Below, piece after piece: positions 12,785-24,891 of a stretch of DNA of 59,977 nucleotides (position 1 is its first letter; each line of letters starts with the position of its first letter). Source of the stretch: Folioceros fuciformis (Eukaryota); the NCBI GenBank assembly GCA_049999805.1, contig JBNGIO010006285.1, positions 388,444 through 448,420 of the forward strand. The letters are read 5' to 3'. The translations under genes and the position numbers were made by a program. The notes beneath the pieces are model-generated. The model made no database searches, was not told the DNA's origin, and saw only the letters and a program-made list of their open reading frames with translations.

Positions 12785-12957
12785 TGTTGAAACCCCTTTA
12801 CTTAGTGTAGGCTACATAATCAGTTACTCTTCCTCTAACTGTCATGAACAAAGCATGTATTCTGAACAATGCACAATAACTGTAACTCTTTTGCTTTTCT
12901 GTGCGTGCTCTCGTTCTCTCTGTGTGTCGCTCATGCCCACCATCACAATCCACATTA
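12785..12957 (+). repeat. 3' LTR (173 bp)
   Basis: TGTTGAAACCCC...ATCCACATTA followed by TSD GAGTG. Confidence 0.93.
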
Positions 12958-13638
12958 GAGTGCAAGCACCTTCGCTTTCACATGTGCCTCCAAGCCCCAC
13001 TACTCCTTACCCTACAAAGCAATTGTCAAGCCTTGTAAAGCCCTTGTTGTTGCCAAAAAGTCTTGTATTCTTTTCCTCCAAGCATGATCGTCTCTCAAAA
13101 AATCTTCTAGAGGTCTTACTTTTCAAAACAATTCCACTCGCACCAAAATCACCCAACTACATAGCATCTCCTAAGCTCAACGAAATCATGTTAAACAATT
13201 TTTCAACTGTGTACATATCTCTTCTTCCAGGAGTCTATTCCCCTTGATGTTAGGTCCCAAGACATTGGATCAAGCTCTTCAATCCTGACCTTATCCTAGC
13301 TGCCATCAAAAACCTTAGATTTAGGAGAACCTCTAACCTTGCAAGTATCTAGGGGAACTCTTTACAAATGTAGGCCTTGTGGTTATTGCTCCTCCTTTAG
13401 CTGCTTTGTTTAATCAGGCATGGATTTCACGCAATATAACCGATCGCATAATATGAAATAGTGGAGAAGAAATGGAATACGTGTGTAGTGGCGTGGAACA
13501 AATCCTGGGAGGAGAGTTGGGTGGGACATCCAAGTCGTCTGGCGACGAAACATGGTGAGGATGATGAAGCTGGTTGGAAGAGGCGAGGTGTAGAGGGGAA
13601 GGTGTGGCGGGAGAAATCGTGTTGGGCAGGGAAGTGCG

Positions 13639-15649
13639 ATGGCAGGATTGGCATTGGCAGGGGGAGTGCAGGCCTTGGCCTCTTCCTCCCTCCCTTACCA
13701 CCCCTCGGGATTGCGACAACCGCCCTTGGGCGGGCTCAGGCTCAGGCTCCCGCTCCCGCTCCCGGGGGCCTCCTGCCACCCGCGAGCCTACCGCTGCGAG
13801 GCCTCCTGCTCCTCGGTCTCTGCTGCCGACGATGAAGCCAGCCTCTCTGCAACTGTGAGCAGGCGGCAGCTGGTGGCCGGGGGCTCCTCCGCGCTCGCAT
13901 TGTCTCTGGCAGCTGCTCCTCTGCTGGAGGCCAGGGCTGACGACGCCGCGCCCTCTGAGTGGGAGCAGGTCCCGCTTCCCATTGACCGCGGGGTCGTGCT
14001 CCTGGACCTTGCTTTCGTCCCGGATGAGCCCGACCATGGTACCATCCCATGCTGCTTGCTTGTCTGCTCGGCCGTAGTGCTTTGCTTGGGCTGGGGATAA
14101 TGTGGTTCATGTGCTGCTGGCTCCGCTTGCGTTGCGTTGCGCAGGGTTTCTGCTGGGGACCAGGCAGACTCTGCTGGAGACCAAGGACGGCGGGAAGAGC
14201 TGGGTCCCCCGCTCCATCCCTTCGGCCGAGGACGAGGACTTCAACTACCGGTTCAACTCCATCAGCTTCGCTGGCAGGGAGGGCTGGATCATCGGCAAGC
14301 CTGCAATTCTTCTCCACACCTTCAACGGCGGGGAGAGTTGGGAGCGTATTCCATTGAGTGCCAAGCTGCCTGGCAACCCTGTGAGATGACTTGAACGACT
14401 CTTGTATCCGGTTCGGCTCCTCGGTTTGGTGCTGGTGGTAGGGAAGGCTCACTCTGGTGTGGGCAGGTTGTCATCCAAGCTACCACCGAGAAGAGCGCGG
14501 AGATGGTGACTGACGAGGGTGCAATCTACGTCACCTCCAACATCGGGTACAACTGGAAGGCTGCTGTGCAGGAGACGGTGTCTGCCACCCTGAACAGGTT
14601 GGATGGCAGAAGAGGATGAAGGCTTGGTTGTGCACGTGCTGTCGGATTATCATGTCAGCTTCTTGCTTCCTCCAGGACTGTGTCGAGTGGAATCAGTGGT
14701 GCGAGTTACTACACGGGCACGTTCAACACAGTGAACAGGTCGCCAGAGGGAGAGTATGTTGCGGTCTCCAGTCGAGGCAACTTCTACTTGACGTGGGAGC
14801 CTGGTCAGGTTGGTTAACCTACCTACCTACCTTCCCTCCTCCTCCTCCTGTATCAGCGTCCTGTGCAGCACGCACGCACGCAAGCAAGCAAGTAAGCAAG
14901 GACGCATAGCCGCTCATGATTGGCACGCATGTGGATGGGCTTGCTGCAGCCCTTCTGGCAACCGCACAACCGTGCTAGTGCTCGAAGGATTCAGAACATG
15001 GGGTGGCGGGCAGACGGTGGACTCTGGCTTGTTGTCCGTGGTGGGGGCCTCTTTCTGAGCAAAGGGGATGGGGTATGTCTGAGTTGTGAGCCGTCTTCTT
15101 CTGCCCTCCAATGCGGATGAGTGCTGCCTGCATTCCCCTTCTCATGCAACCGAACCGGCTCACACCTATGGGTGGCCTCCCCATTGCAGCCGAGTGAGGA
15201 CTTTGAGGAGGCCAAGATTTCAAGTAGAGGCTTTGGCATTCTCGACGTGGGTTACAGAAATAAGGTGAGCTTTCTGCGAACGAGGCATGCGTTTCCGATG
15301 GCTCAATGGGATGTGCTGATGGAGTTACGCGCAGGGTGAAGCATGGGCTGCCGGCGGCAGCGGGACTTTGTTGAGAACCACGGATGGTGGCAAGACATGG
15401 ACTCGGGACAGAACAGCTGATGACATCGCTGCCAACCTCTATTCCGTCAAGTGAGTTGAGTTAGGTCTTGTTGTGCTGCAATGTATTTGTTAGCTGCCTC
15501 CTCTGCCAGGCTCCACCCGGGATGGAGCGTCGTGCCGTGGAGTGCCAAGTGATGTGGCCGTACCTCACTGCTTGCTTGCATGCAGATTTCTTCAAGACAA
15601 GGGGTTTGTTTTCGGCAACGACGGTGTCTTGCTTAGATACCTGGGCTAG
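13639..15649 (+). CDS. HCF136: Photosystem II stability/assembly factor HCF136 (Ycf48), 8 exons
   Basis: Transit peptide with twin-Arg SRRQL...[84 protein letters not shown]. Confidence 0.96.
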
Positions 15650-16032
15650 CTTGCCCTCGCCCCTTGCTATGCTGATCAAAATTCTTCCGATACATCGGTT
15701 ACTTGTGAAAACGATGCCAGGCTGGTGTTCGAATCAAAGGGTGTCGACCTGACCCATTGAAAACGCACACCTATGGAAAGCTCGATTGTGCATTGCACAA
15801 ATATCCTCGCCTTATTGATGTAATTCGGTGCCTGGTCGTCACAGACAACGAACGTGGTCTCGTTCTGCAAGTGACTTCACTCTATCCATTATCTTGTCAT
15901 CCCACGGGACGTGCGACGTCCCCGGTCATAGACAAGATCTGCCGAATAACGACCAGATGAACTGGTCTATTTGGATTAACAAATTACAAAAAAGAGTTAT
16001 ATATTTGCATAAGAATTATGCATGTGCATGAA

Positions 16033-16113
16033 GTCAGGATGGCCGAGTTGGTCTAAGGCGCCAGTTTCAGGTACTGGTCCGAAAGGGCATGGGTTCGAAT
16101 CCTGTTCCTGACA
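16033..16113 (+). tRNA. trnL-CAG: tRNA-Leu(CAG)
   Basis: Acceptor stem GTCAGGA/TCCTGAC; A box TGGCCGAGTTGG; anticodon arm CCAGT-TTCAGGT-ACTGG; variable arm; B box GGTTCGAATCC. Confidence 0.93.
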
Positions 16114-17102
16114 TATCGATATTTGAACTATTATTGTTCGCGATTTTGAGGTGAATTTCACTTGCCATGTGTGGAAGCCCTCCCAAGGATGAATGTTTCA
16201 TGTACAAAATTAATGCTTGTCTCATGAGAGAGTGGCAGTTTAATAATTGGCGCCCTAAGAGAATGGCTCTTCAATAATTTGTGCTGGGGTGGTATTTTGC
16301 CTAAGCCATTTGTCTAATAAACATAAGTTTATAAGAAATAGACACTAGTTATGAATACCATCGGATTAAGCATCCTATGCTTAGATTGGTACTAAAGGAA
16401 GGATGCCTTTTGGAGCAACTCGCTACGTATACCATGATAGAAACATATCCTTAATGGACTCTAATAAAATTCTTTTACAGAGTTTGAGTTTAAGCCGGAG
16501 GGTAATAGGTATGGACAGAATTTGCCATGGCAAATGAAATAGAGTGAGTCTCCGGATGCCGTGACTGGACTCAAATGTATTATGAACGTATTATGGATAC
16601 ATATGTGTATGCATGGGCCGCATGTGAATGCATGTTTTTAAGCACGGGCTGCATGAGAAAGCGTGCGTATGCCCGGTGTCAGTGTGAATGATGGACCTAC
16701 TACTTTCTATTATTGACCATGATGGACATCCACATGGATATCAACATCCAGATCGAAGATGTGTGCTCGAAGGTGTAGATGGCACACATGCTTACAAGTG
16801 AATCGGACGTCACTGACGGGACATAAAGATAGCAAGGTCTTCGCTGGAGGCTGACGCCGGACAGAGGTACAGAAATAGTGGTAACCCAAACGGACAAGTA
16901 TTCACACTGCAATATTTCGCTAACAGCTCAATGGAGAAAGCTGGGAAGACTGTCGACGAAGAGTGGTGGGACACGTAGCTAACCTGTACCCTTTTCCGAC
17001 GAGGGAACTAGAGTAGTTGTGTGGATGGGCATGTCATCATGTGAACCTTCTCAGGGTAAACATGACAGTTTGGTCCGAACTCGTCCAGCGGAGGGCTATC
17101 TT

Positions 17103-19064
17103 TTACTGGCTTGCGGCTCTCAGCTGCTGGGCAGCAACTTCGGCTGCGAAATCCTTTTCTTGCCTGCAAGGGAAGGGAACCAAGGTTACTTTCGCACAGA
17201 CGTTTCCAGGGAAAAAAATCCTACGAACCTTAGGAACCGTCGTCGCAACGACCCGTACCTTGCAATACCTTCGCCCACAGACATCCTCAAGAAACGACCG
17301 ATGGAGACTGGATTCCCGACCCTGTTGGACAAATCGTCCAGTACAGCCTGCTTTCAAAAGCGCTTCAGTATAGATGCAAGCAGACCGACACAGCAAGTAA
17401 GAGCGCCACCCACATTTCGTCCACCTGGATAGTTTGGGTATCATTGACAACAAATCTCTGCTCCAAAAGTGCAAATTCCTCGTAGTACTTTTTCAGACGA
17501 CCTTCCACCATTTTGTCAATGACAAACTGTGGCTTTCCACTTGTAGCTGCCTGTAACCAAATTACGAAACCAGACCGTCACAAACAGGAAAAAAAAAACC
17601 CGTGGAGGTTTCATCTCTGCCCATGGTGACATACTTGCGACTCCAGAATAGTCCGCTCCTGCTGTAGTGCTGCAGAATCCACATGCTGTCTCGACAAAAA
17701 GAGCGGCTTCGATGCAACAACATGCATTGCAATAAGGTTTCCAACAGCCTCGAAATCCTTGAGGTACTCTTTGCCACAACTGCCCTCAACTTCAAGGGTG
17801 ACAAGTCCAGCGATCCTTCCCAAATCTACTATCAGACCACAGAGAGTTGATAAACTGAGCAGACATGGGTAGACTTTCAAGAAGGTTTCAGAAGAAGAGC
17901 CCAGCCGGCACCAACCATTTGATACCTTCAAGAGGACTGTCATGCAGATAGATGCCTGCAAAATGAGGGCTGGAGACTCGAACTCCGCGACGGACCTTAA
18001 CGTTCTCTCCTAGAATGCTGGCAGCCTCGGCCACTGCATCCCTGACAGTGCTTGTTCCACTCAACTTTGGATGATCCAAAACAACTTGTGCAGCCTACAC
18101 CAAGCATAGCCACTGTCCCCTAAAAGTCGTGAAGAAGTGCCAAGCACATCGAAGTACGTCATGTGAGCAGGGCAAGTCACATCCGAAAATACCTCCAAAG
18201 AATTCAAATCTATAACTTCCGCTTGCATCGAATCAGATGCAGAGGAGGCTTCCGCAGAAAGGGCGGCTTTAGCAACCCTAGAGGCCTGCAGGTCGGCAAA
18301 AATCACGACATCTGATAAGAATACAAGAGACGCTACCATGATGTGATCTAACGGAGTCAAACCTAAATCAGCAATAAGTACATAGCGGATGTTTATGTTT
18401 GCTCTAGTGGGAGGGTTTCACCATGCTGATGTCATGAACTCCAAAACCAAAGCCATTAGCTATTCAGCTACATAATATCGCACTTCAGATGAACTCGGAT
18501 GCCATAGGGAGTGAGACACCAAGCCTTCGATACGTGCTTGCAAGAAGGCCTAGCAAAACTAAGAAACACACCAGGTGCTGAAAGATGTCATTTCTGGCCA
18601 CAAAATCGGTCTCGCTGTTAACTTCCACAATGGCAGTAGCTCCCGCTCCTCTCCCTACGCTTAGGAGGCCTTCGGCCGCTACCCTGGACGCTTTCTTACT
18701 GGCGGCAGCCAAGCCCTTCTTCCTCAGCTCCGTGAACGCAGCTTCTGCGAACTTCGAAGTCCACAAACTTGTGACCAAACCCTAACCCCAGCGAACGCGT
18801 CCCACACACACTCCCCCAACCACAACATGACGCACCGGAGTCCCACTGACATTGCAAGAGCGCGGCCTTCACATCCTTCATCGGCGCCCCCGTTCGCTCC
18901 CGCAGCTGCATGATGAGAGATCGCTGGCCCTCTGCTCCCGCCTGCGCACTGAAAAATCGGCCAAGTTGCAGATCTGGATCCACCAATTCCCGCGTCCGCA
19001 GATGCGCCGCAGCTGCGGCCGAGAGACATTGCCACCGTCTGCATGCATATCTGGCCAGGGCCAT
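17103..19064 (-). CDS. TSFM: Mitochondrial elongation factor Ts (about 8 exons)
   Basis: [114 protein letters not shown]. Confidence 0.95.
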
Positions 19065-19447
19065 GGTCGGAAGCGCGCTGAGCTCGCAGCTCTCCCGTGC
19101 TTGCCCTGGACCCTTAAACCCTTAAACCCCAGCCAACACAGCTGGTGTCCAACGGCCGTTACAATAAATGTCGTGGACGTCAAATGGAAGCATAGACGTA
19201 AGGTAACCGTGGTTAGCTATGATAAAGCCACGGTTAGTCTCAGCCCGTCAGAGGCTGTGTACTGCCTTCCACACGTTTGGTGGTCTCTCGGTGGTTTGCA
19301 GTTCCGAATGGCATTGATCCTGTGCGGGAATTCCGCAGGAGCCGCAGGATCGGACTTTTGGCTGCAACTGTGTGCATCTGTGTTGGAGACTATTTGGTGG
19401 GTTTTGTCTGTTGAGCATTCTGCTGGTGGCGCCAATCAGCTGGAATC

Positions 19448-22400
19448 ATGGCAACCTCTGTGGCCTACGCGCCGTCTTGTGCTGCTCCGTGCCTGGGATG
19501 TGGGTCACCTAAACGCACACGACACCAGGTGTCATCTCCTTTCTTCAATTTCTCCAATTGCAGCTTCGCGGCACGCACCTTTGTGCAATTCCGGGCACGT
19601 GGTTCATGGGAGAACGCAAATTCACGGCCTTCGGCTGGAAACGAGAAGTCACATTCCTGGAAAAGACGGCCCTGCCCGCCAGAGATCATATCGGCCCACC
19701 CTGTGAGTTGCTGCTGGCAAATGAGTCATCTAAATCCTACGGGTGTTTGGAGGCGGAGGTTCTCCCGTCTCACAGATGATGTCTCTAGTCGGAGAACGAG
19801 ACCCAGTATGTGGTATGAGAGAGGGCGAGCAGGGTCGGGAAGCAGGAAGAGTGGCGATTATTTGGTGAGGATGGCTTATATATCTCCTCCTGCGCATCCC
19901 AACTTTCTTTCCCAGTCAGATGATGAGACTGACGCTGATGAGAAAACTGGGGGCCCAGCAGGGGCAGTCTCACAGGTTGAACCGGTTATAACGTGGGCCC
20001 TCGTTAGCCGCCTTCTGATGAAAGAGAAGCTGCGTATTGCTGGCTCTGTCGTTGGACTGGTCTGTGCTACTGCCTGCACTCTCACCATGCCACTCTTTTC
20101 TGGTATTCATCCACATGCTTTCTCATGTTCTTGGATTAGCTTCGTGTGTGCACGGAGATGCCAACTTCGTGATCCACCAGCCTGTTCTGTTTGGGACTCC
20201 AAGTCATTTGATCAACATCCATCCACAGTGTAACCTACAAACTGATGCTAATTATCTTCGATATGCATCTCTGTTATTCAGGTCGGTTTTTTGAGACACT
20301 CATTGGTGCTCGACCTGAGCCACTATCGCAGCTGCTCACCAAGTTGGGTGCTATCTACGTCGCCGAGCCTGCATTCACTGTCTTGTTCGTTACCAGCATG
20401 GTGACCGTGTGGGAAAGAGTGATGGCGAATCTACGTTCTGAGATCTTCAGGCGACTTTTAATTCAGAAGGTTTTTATCCTTCGAGATTTCTTCCTTTTTG
20501 GTGTGCAATGAAGTGACGAGCTTTCCTCCAACTGACGACTCATGACTTTTGTCTGTTCAGGTTGAGTTTTTTGATCGCCACAAGGTGTGTTGGACATGAG
20601 TTGGGCTTCGGTTCCTTGTATTTCTTCGTTCTCTCCCTCTGGCGTGAACATTTCGGTTCAACTATGGCTGCAGGTTGGTGAGCTCACTGGTTTGCTTTCA
20701 TCAGAACTTGGAGCACTAAAGGATATTGTCAATGAAAACGTTTCCAGAGACCGTGGCTTTCGAGCCATATGTGAGGTAAGCACGTGAACAGCCACCTGGA
20801 AAGAATCAGATGTGGAGAACGTGGGCTGATCTTGTGTGTGGTATATTTTGTCGCTGCAGATGCTTGGGACCCTGACAATCCTTTTCTATCTATCAGCTCA
20901 GTTAGCTCCTGTTCTGGGGTTGCTGATGTTGACCATTTCAGCCACTGTGGGTAAGCGTTTGTAGAATGTCTTGAATAGATTTTCTATGCCATTGTTGTTG
21001 ATTTAGCTTGGCCAATGACTTCTATTGCATCTCCAAAAATGCAGAAACTGATATGGTCGGAGCTTGATTTCTTGGACAGCAATCTACAAGCGGACTACCA
21101 TGCCGGTTTTCAAAGCACACGGCATAGCACTTGCTCGAATCAGTGATTGTGCCAGTGAGACTTTCTCAGCCATTCGGACGGTATGCTGTAGCAATGCAGC
21201 AAGGGGTGTCCTGCTGCGCTCCCCGTTTGAAAGTAGCTCAGTTTCTTAGGATGGTTTTACTGTTGCTGAGATAAAACGCTTCTTCACAGGTACGGTCTTT
21301 TGGGGGAGAGAAACGGCAGATGTCAGCATTTTATGAACAGGTGACATTCCTCTTGATCTGCAAGCGGGTTCACATATGTGCTGCTGGCTGTGCATCTGGG
21401 CCTCCATGATTAGCACTCTTTTTCTGACATGTTAATGAACAGGTTCTAGCATACCAAAGAAGTGGGAATAAGCTTGGAGTGCTCAAATCTGCGAATGAGT
21501 CATGGACTCGCATTGCTGTATATGTTTCACTGATGGCCCTCTACGTCCTAGGAGGACAGAAAGTTAGAGCGGTATGCATTGAGTTGTAGCAATATTCCAT
21601 GGTGTTCATTCACCTGCCGTGCTTAACGCGCTTCTTAGAATCTCTAGATGACCTGCTGTTTTCCCTGGCATGATATTTGGTGCACTGGAGTGCAGGGCGA
21701 ACTTGCAGTGGGGAAGATGGTTTCGTTTATCGGATACACATTCACCCTAACTTTTGCAGTAAGATCTCTTTGCAGCTGCACTGAGTCAGAGAACCTCTGC
21801 CAGAGGACTGTTGCTTTGCTGTGATATTTGATGATCTCATACTTCGAATGCGATTGGCTCAGGTTCAGGGAGTGGTGAACACACTTGCAGATGTGCGTGG
21901 AATGCTGGCTGCCGTCGAGCGCATCAATTCTATTGTAGCAGGAACAGAAGTGGACGAGTCTCTGGCACGAGGGTTAGACAGGGAAGTCGAGGATGAGTCA
22001 GCTGCCAATTCTGCCAGCAAAGGGGGTGAGACCTATCGCCGAGGAAGAGCATCCCATTTGGGAAAAACGTCGCAGGTGTTTAAGCCAACCCGGAGCGTAT
22101 GTGAGCTTGCGTGGAGTGGAGACGTTGTGCTTCAAGGTACGGTGGAGTTCGGATATTGTAGATCTATGTGCCTGGATGTCAGCTGTCGCACTTTCCCAAT
22201 CCAAAGCTACCGCTGCCGAAGGGCACAAGTGTCCTCGGTGTAGCTCGGCAACCACAGCTGGTGAGCCTCGTGGAGGCGGTAGCTAATGTCTTCCTCTTCC
22301 ATGTGGGGCAGATGTGCACTTTGCATATCCTTTACGTGCAGATGTAGAAGTGCTGAGAGGCATAACGTTAAGGCTAAAGCGAGGGACAGTCACTGCAGTC

Positions 22401-23639
22401 GTGGGGTCCAGTGGTGCAGGGAAAAGTACAATAGTGCAGCTTCTTGCTCGCTTCTACGAGGTGTGCTCCTTGGGGCTAACTCATTTGCAGCCAGTCTTGG
22501 AACCTATTGCTGTAGTCTCATCACTAACAGTAGAGGTGTTCCATATACGTTGTTGTCAGCCAACCAAGGGGCGGATCACGCTTGCTGGAGAGGATGTCCG
22601 GCTGTTTGACAAGTCAGAGTGGGCTCGGGCCATATCGATTGTGAATCAGGCAAGGAATGATTGTTGGATGGAAGTTCCCAAACCCTGCTGCCTCCCATTT
22701 CCAGCGAGGCCATGTATGACGATGAGAGGCTGAGCATCCTACCACTTTTGTCCATCTGCAGGAACCAGTACTGTTTGCTATGTCTGTTGCGGAGAATATC
22801 GCCTACGGGTTGCCGGATGACGATGTACCGCAAGATGAGATTGTGAAAGCTGCCAAGGCTGCAAATGCGCATGATTTTGTCACAGCTCTTCCTCAGGTCC
22901 GGTATTTCTCCCCGCTCACGTGAAGGCTCCCCTTCGTTCGTCGCTACTAATACATGCTCTACTGGCTTCAGGGGTACAATACTCTTGTAGGAGAGCGTGG
23001 AAGTTTGCTGAGTGGAGGACAACGCCAGGTACTTCCCTATACTTATCCTACTCTTCAGGAGCTAGCTCTCCAAGAAACGGCCATCGTCTACATCTGACCG
23101 TGCCTTGTCTTTCGAAACAGAGAATAGCCATTGCGAGGGCTTTGTTAAAGAATGCTCCGATTTTGATTCTGGATGAGGTAAGGAGTACATTTGCTCTGCC
23201 ACACTGCTCGTCCTCACTATCGCGAGTGTTCTACAACTGAGCCAACCCTCAGCTAACATCTGCCCTAACTTGTCACACAGGCAACAAGTGCCCTAGATAC
23301 CGTAAGCGAGCGGCTTGTGCAGGACGCTCTTGATCGGCTCATGAAGGTTTACTTTCTCACGCCACCGGATCTCATCTATCAGCCGCTCACGTTGCTCCAT
23401 TACACCCCGCCCATGCGCTTCCTGCAACAGTCATTACTAAAGTTTGCACTGACTCTTCTTTTCAGGGAAGAACTACCCTCGTCATTGCTCACAGGCTGAG
23501 TACAATACAGGTAGCGGACCAGATCGCCGTTTGTGCGGATGGGAAGGTGGTGGAGATCGGAAGCCACTCTGAGCTTCTGGGACGAGGTGGATTGTACTCC
23601 TCTCTTGTAAGCGGGCAGCAATTGTCGTCGAGTGAGTGA
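19448..23639 (+). CDS. ABCB28: ABCB-type half transporter, ABCB28/NAP8-like, organelle-targeted, many exons
   Basis: [37 protein letters not shown], Walker [11 protein letters not shown]-loop [48 protein letters not shown]. Confidence 0.92.
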
Positions 23640-23731
23640 AAGCAAAATGCCCGAACGTAGGCCGGGATTAACCCCCCTTCACTTGTTGAGGGATTTACCT
23701 TAATGCCCCGTGAAGTACATACATGCAGTAG

Positions 23732-24715
23732 TTATTCGTCGCGCGTTGATGTAAACGCTGAAGTGTACTTGACTTCTGTTTTCTGACTCTGCCACGACGG
23801 CGGCATAAACGGTGCAACAACCCGCATCGGGTTGCCTTGGTGGTTTAACACAATGGGAAGAAGTTGCTCAAAAAGTTCATAACACGGTGTAACAGCGCTT
23901 CCTCCACTAATCTGGATTCGTCCCGATTCGAAGACCGTAACCGACAAATTGTTGTGCTCGAACACCATGGTCAACATTCCACCCATGTTTGGGTACGTCC
24001 TAACCACCAGCTCTTTCAATTTGAGTCGCCCCCACAGATATTTGTGCAGGGTTGACGAGAGCCCTTCCAGATCGATTCCCATTGAGAGCTGGCCTACTGG
24101 AGGCCTAGCATCCAGAACAAGCTCGCAGATGGCAAGATCGTCAGGATCGAAACTCACATCGTGCTCCAAGGCCTTCATCATCTTGACAAGCATCATGCAA
24201 ACGTGATGTTGTTGCTCACTCGTTGCAACTCCTGTCACGACTACCTTTCCCATTTCAAATAAGCGTAAGGTCAAATTGGGAGAGGACAAGGCATCCCGGA
24301 CTCGGACATCCATCTTGACCACCTTCAATTCTCCATTAGCATCACATCCTTGCTCCACCTGCAAGACTTTCACATCTCCATTGGCGTACTCTCTGCGCTT
24401 GAATTTGTAGAAGTTGATGAAATCAAGGTTCCTAGCCAAATCTTTGAAGTCGAATTCCCCTTGTAGAGTAGTGACCCCTGCCACGTTCACTACCTTGGGT
24501 ATCACGTTCCATACGTTTTTGCTCTGCACTGTAAGCTCTTCCTCCTCGCTCATCACCGCTAGGCCTTGTGATACGTCTTTGTATGATAGAGGCTTATTAC
24601 TAACGGTCCACACCTCTTCCACATAGCAATCACCCTTCTTCTTCTTCTTGGAATCCGTGGAGGACATAGAGTCGTCCACCTTCCTTTTCCCCTTCTTGGA
24701 ATCGTTAGAGCCCAT
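23732..24715 (-). CDS. Intronless, highly divergent TATA-binding-protein-fold protein (TBP-related), 327 aa
   Basis: Two TBP repeats: [24 protein letters not shown]...[22 protein letters not shown] and IDLEGLS...[17 protein letters not shown]...[11 protein letters not shown]; basic N-terminal NLS-like segment. Confidence 0.8.
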   Translation of the reverse strand: [327 protein letters not shown]

Positions 24716-24842
24716 CCTCCTCCTCCCTGCTGCAATACTTAGAAGGAGGTGCGTCTTTGTGCACTACACTAGGGCTTGTATCAATGGTCCTCTATTGTGC
24801 AAACATACATAATATAGACGAGAATTCAATATATTTGGTGAC

Positions 24843-24891
24843 ACTTATCCGCATATATAGAGGCTCACATTGACTTATCTGCATATATAGA
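24843..24891 (-). promoter_or_regulatory. Duplicated TATA-containing 19-mer upstream of the TBP-like gene
   Basis: Minus strand TCTATATATGC(A/G)GATAAGT twice, 30 bp apart. Confidence 0.5.

Larger units (their letters stand above)
8167..12957 (+). mobile_element. Ty1/Copia LTR retrotransposon, decayed and internally deleted
   Basis: LTRs 8167-8340 and 12785-12957; TSD GAGTG at 8162-8166 and 12958-12962; tRNA-Met PBS TGGTATCAGAGC at 8341; purine tract aagaggaag before the 3' LTR; gag, RT and RNase H remnants. Confidence 0.95.

Noticed and set aside
12693-13247. 184-aa ORF
   Set aside because: Runs through the 3' LTR into flanking DNA, so it is a chance open frame.
18852-19706. 284-aa plus-strand ORF overlapping the EF-Ts and ABCB28 starts
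   Set aside because: GC-rich shadow frame with no motif, crossing the bidirectional promoter.
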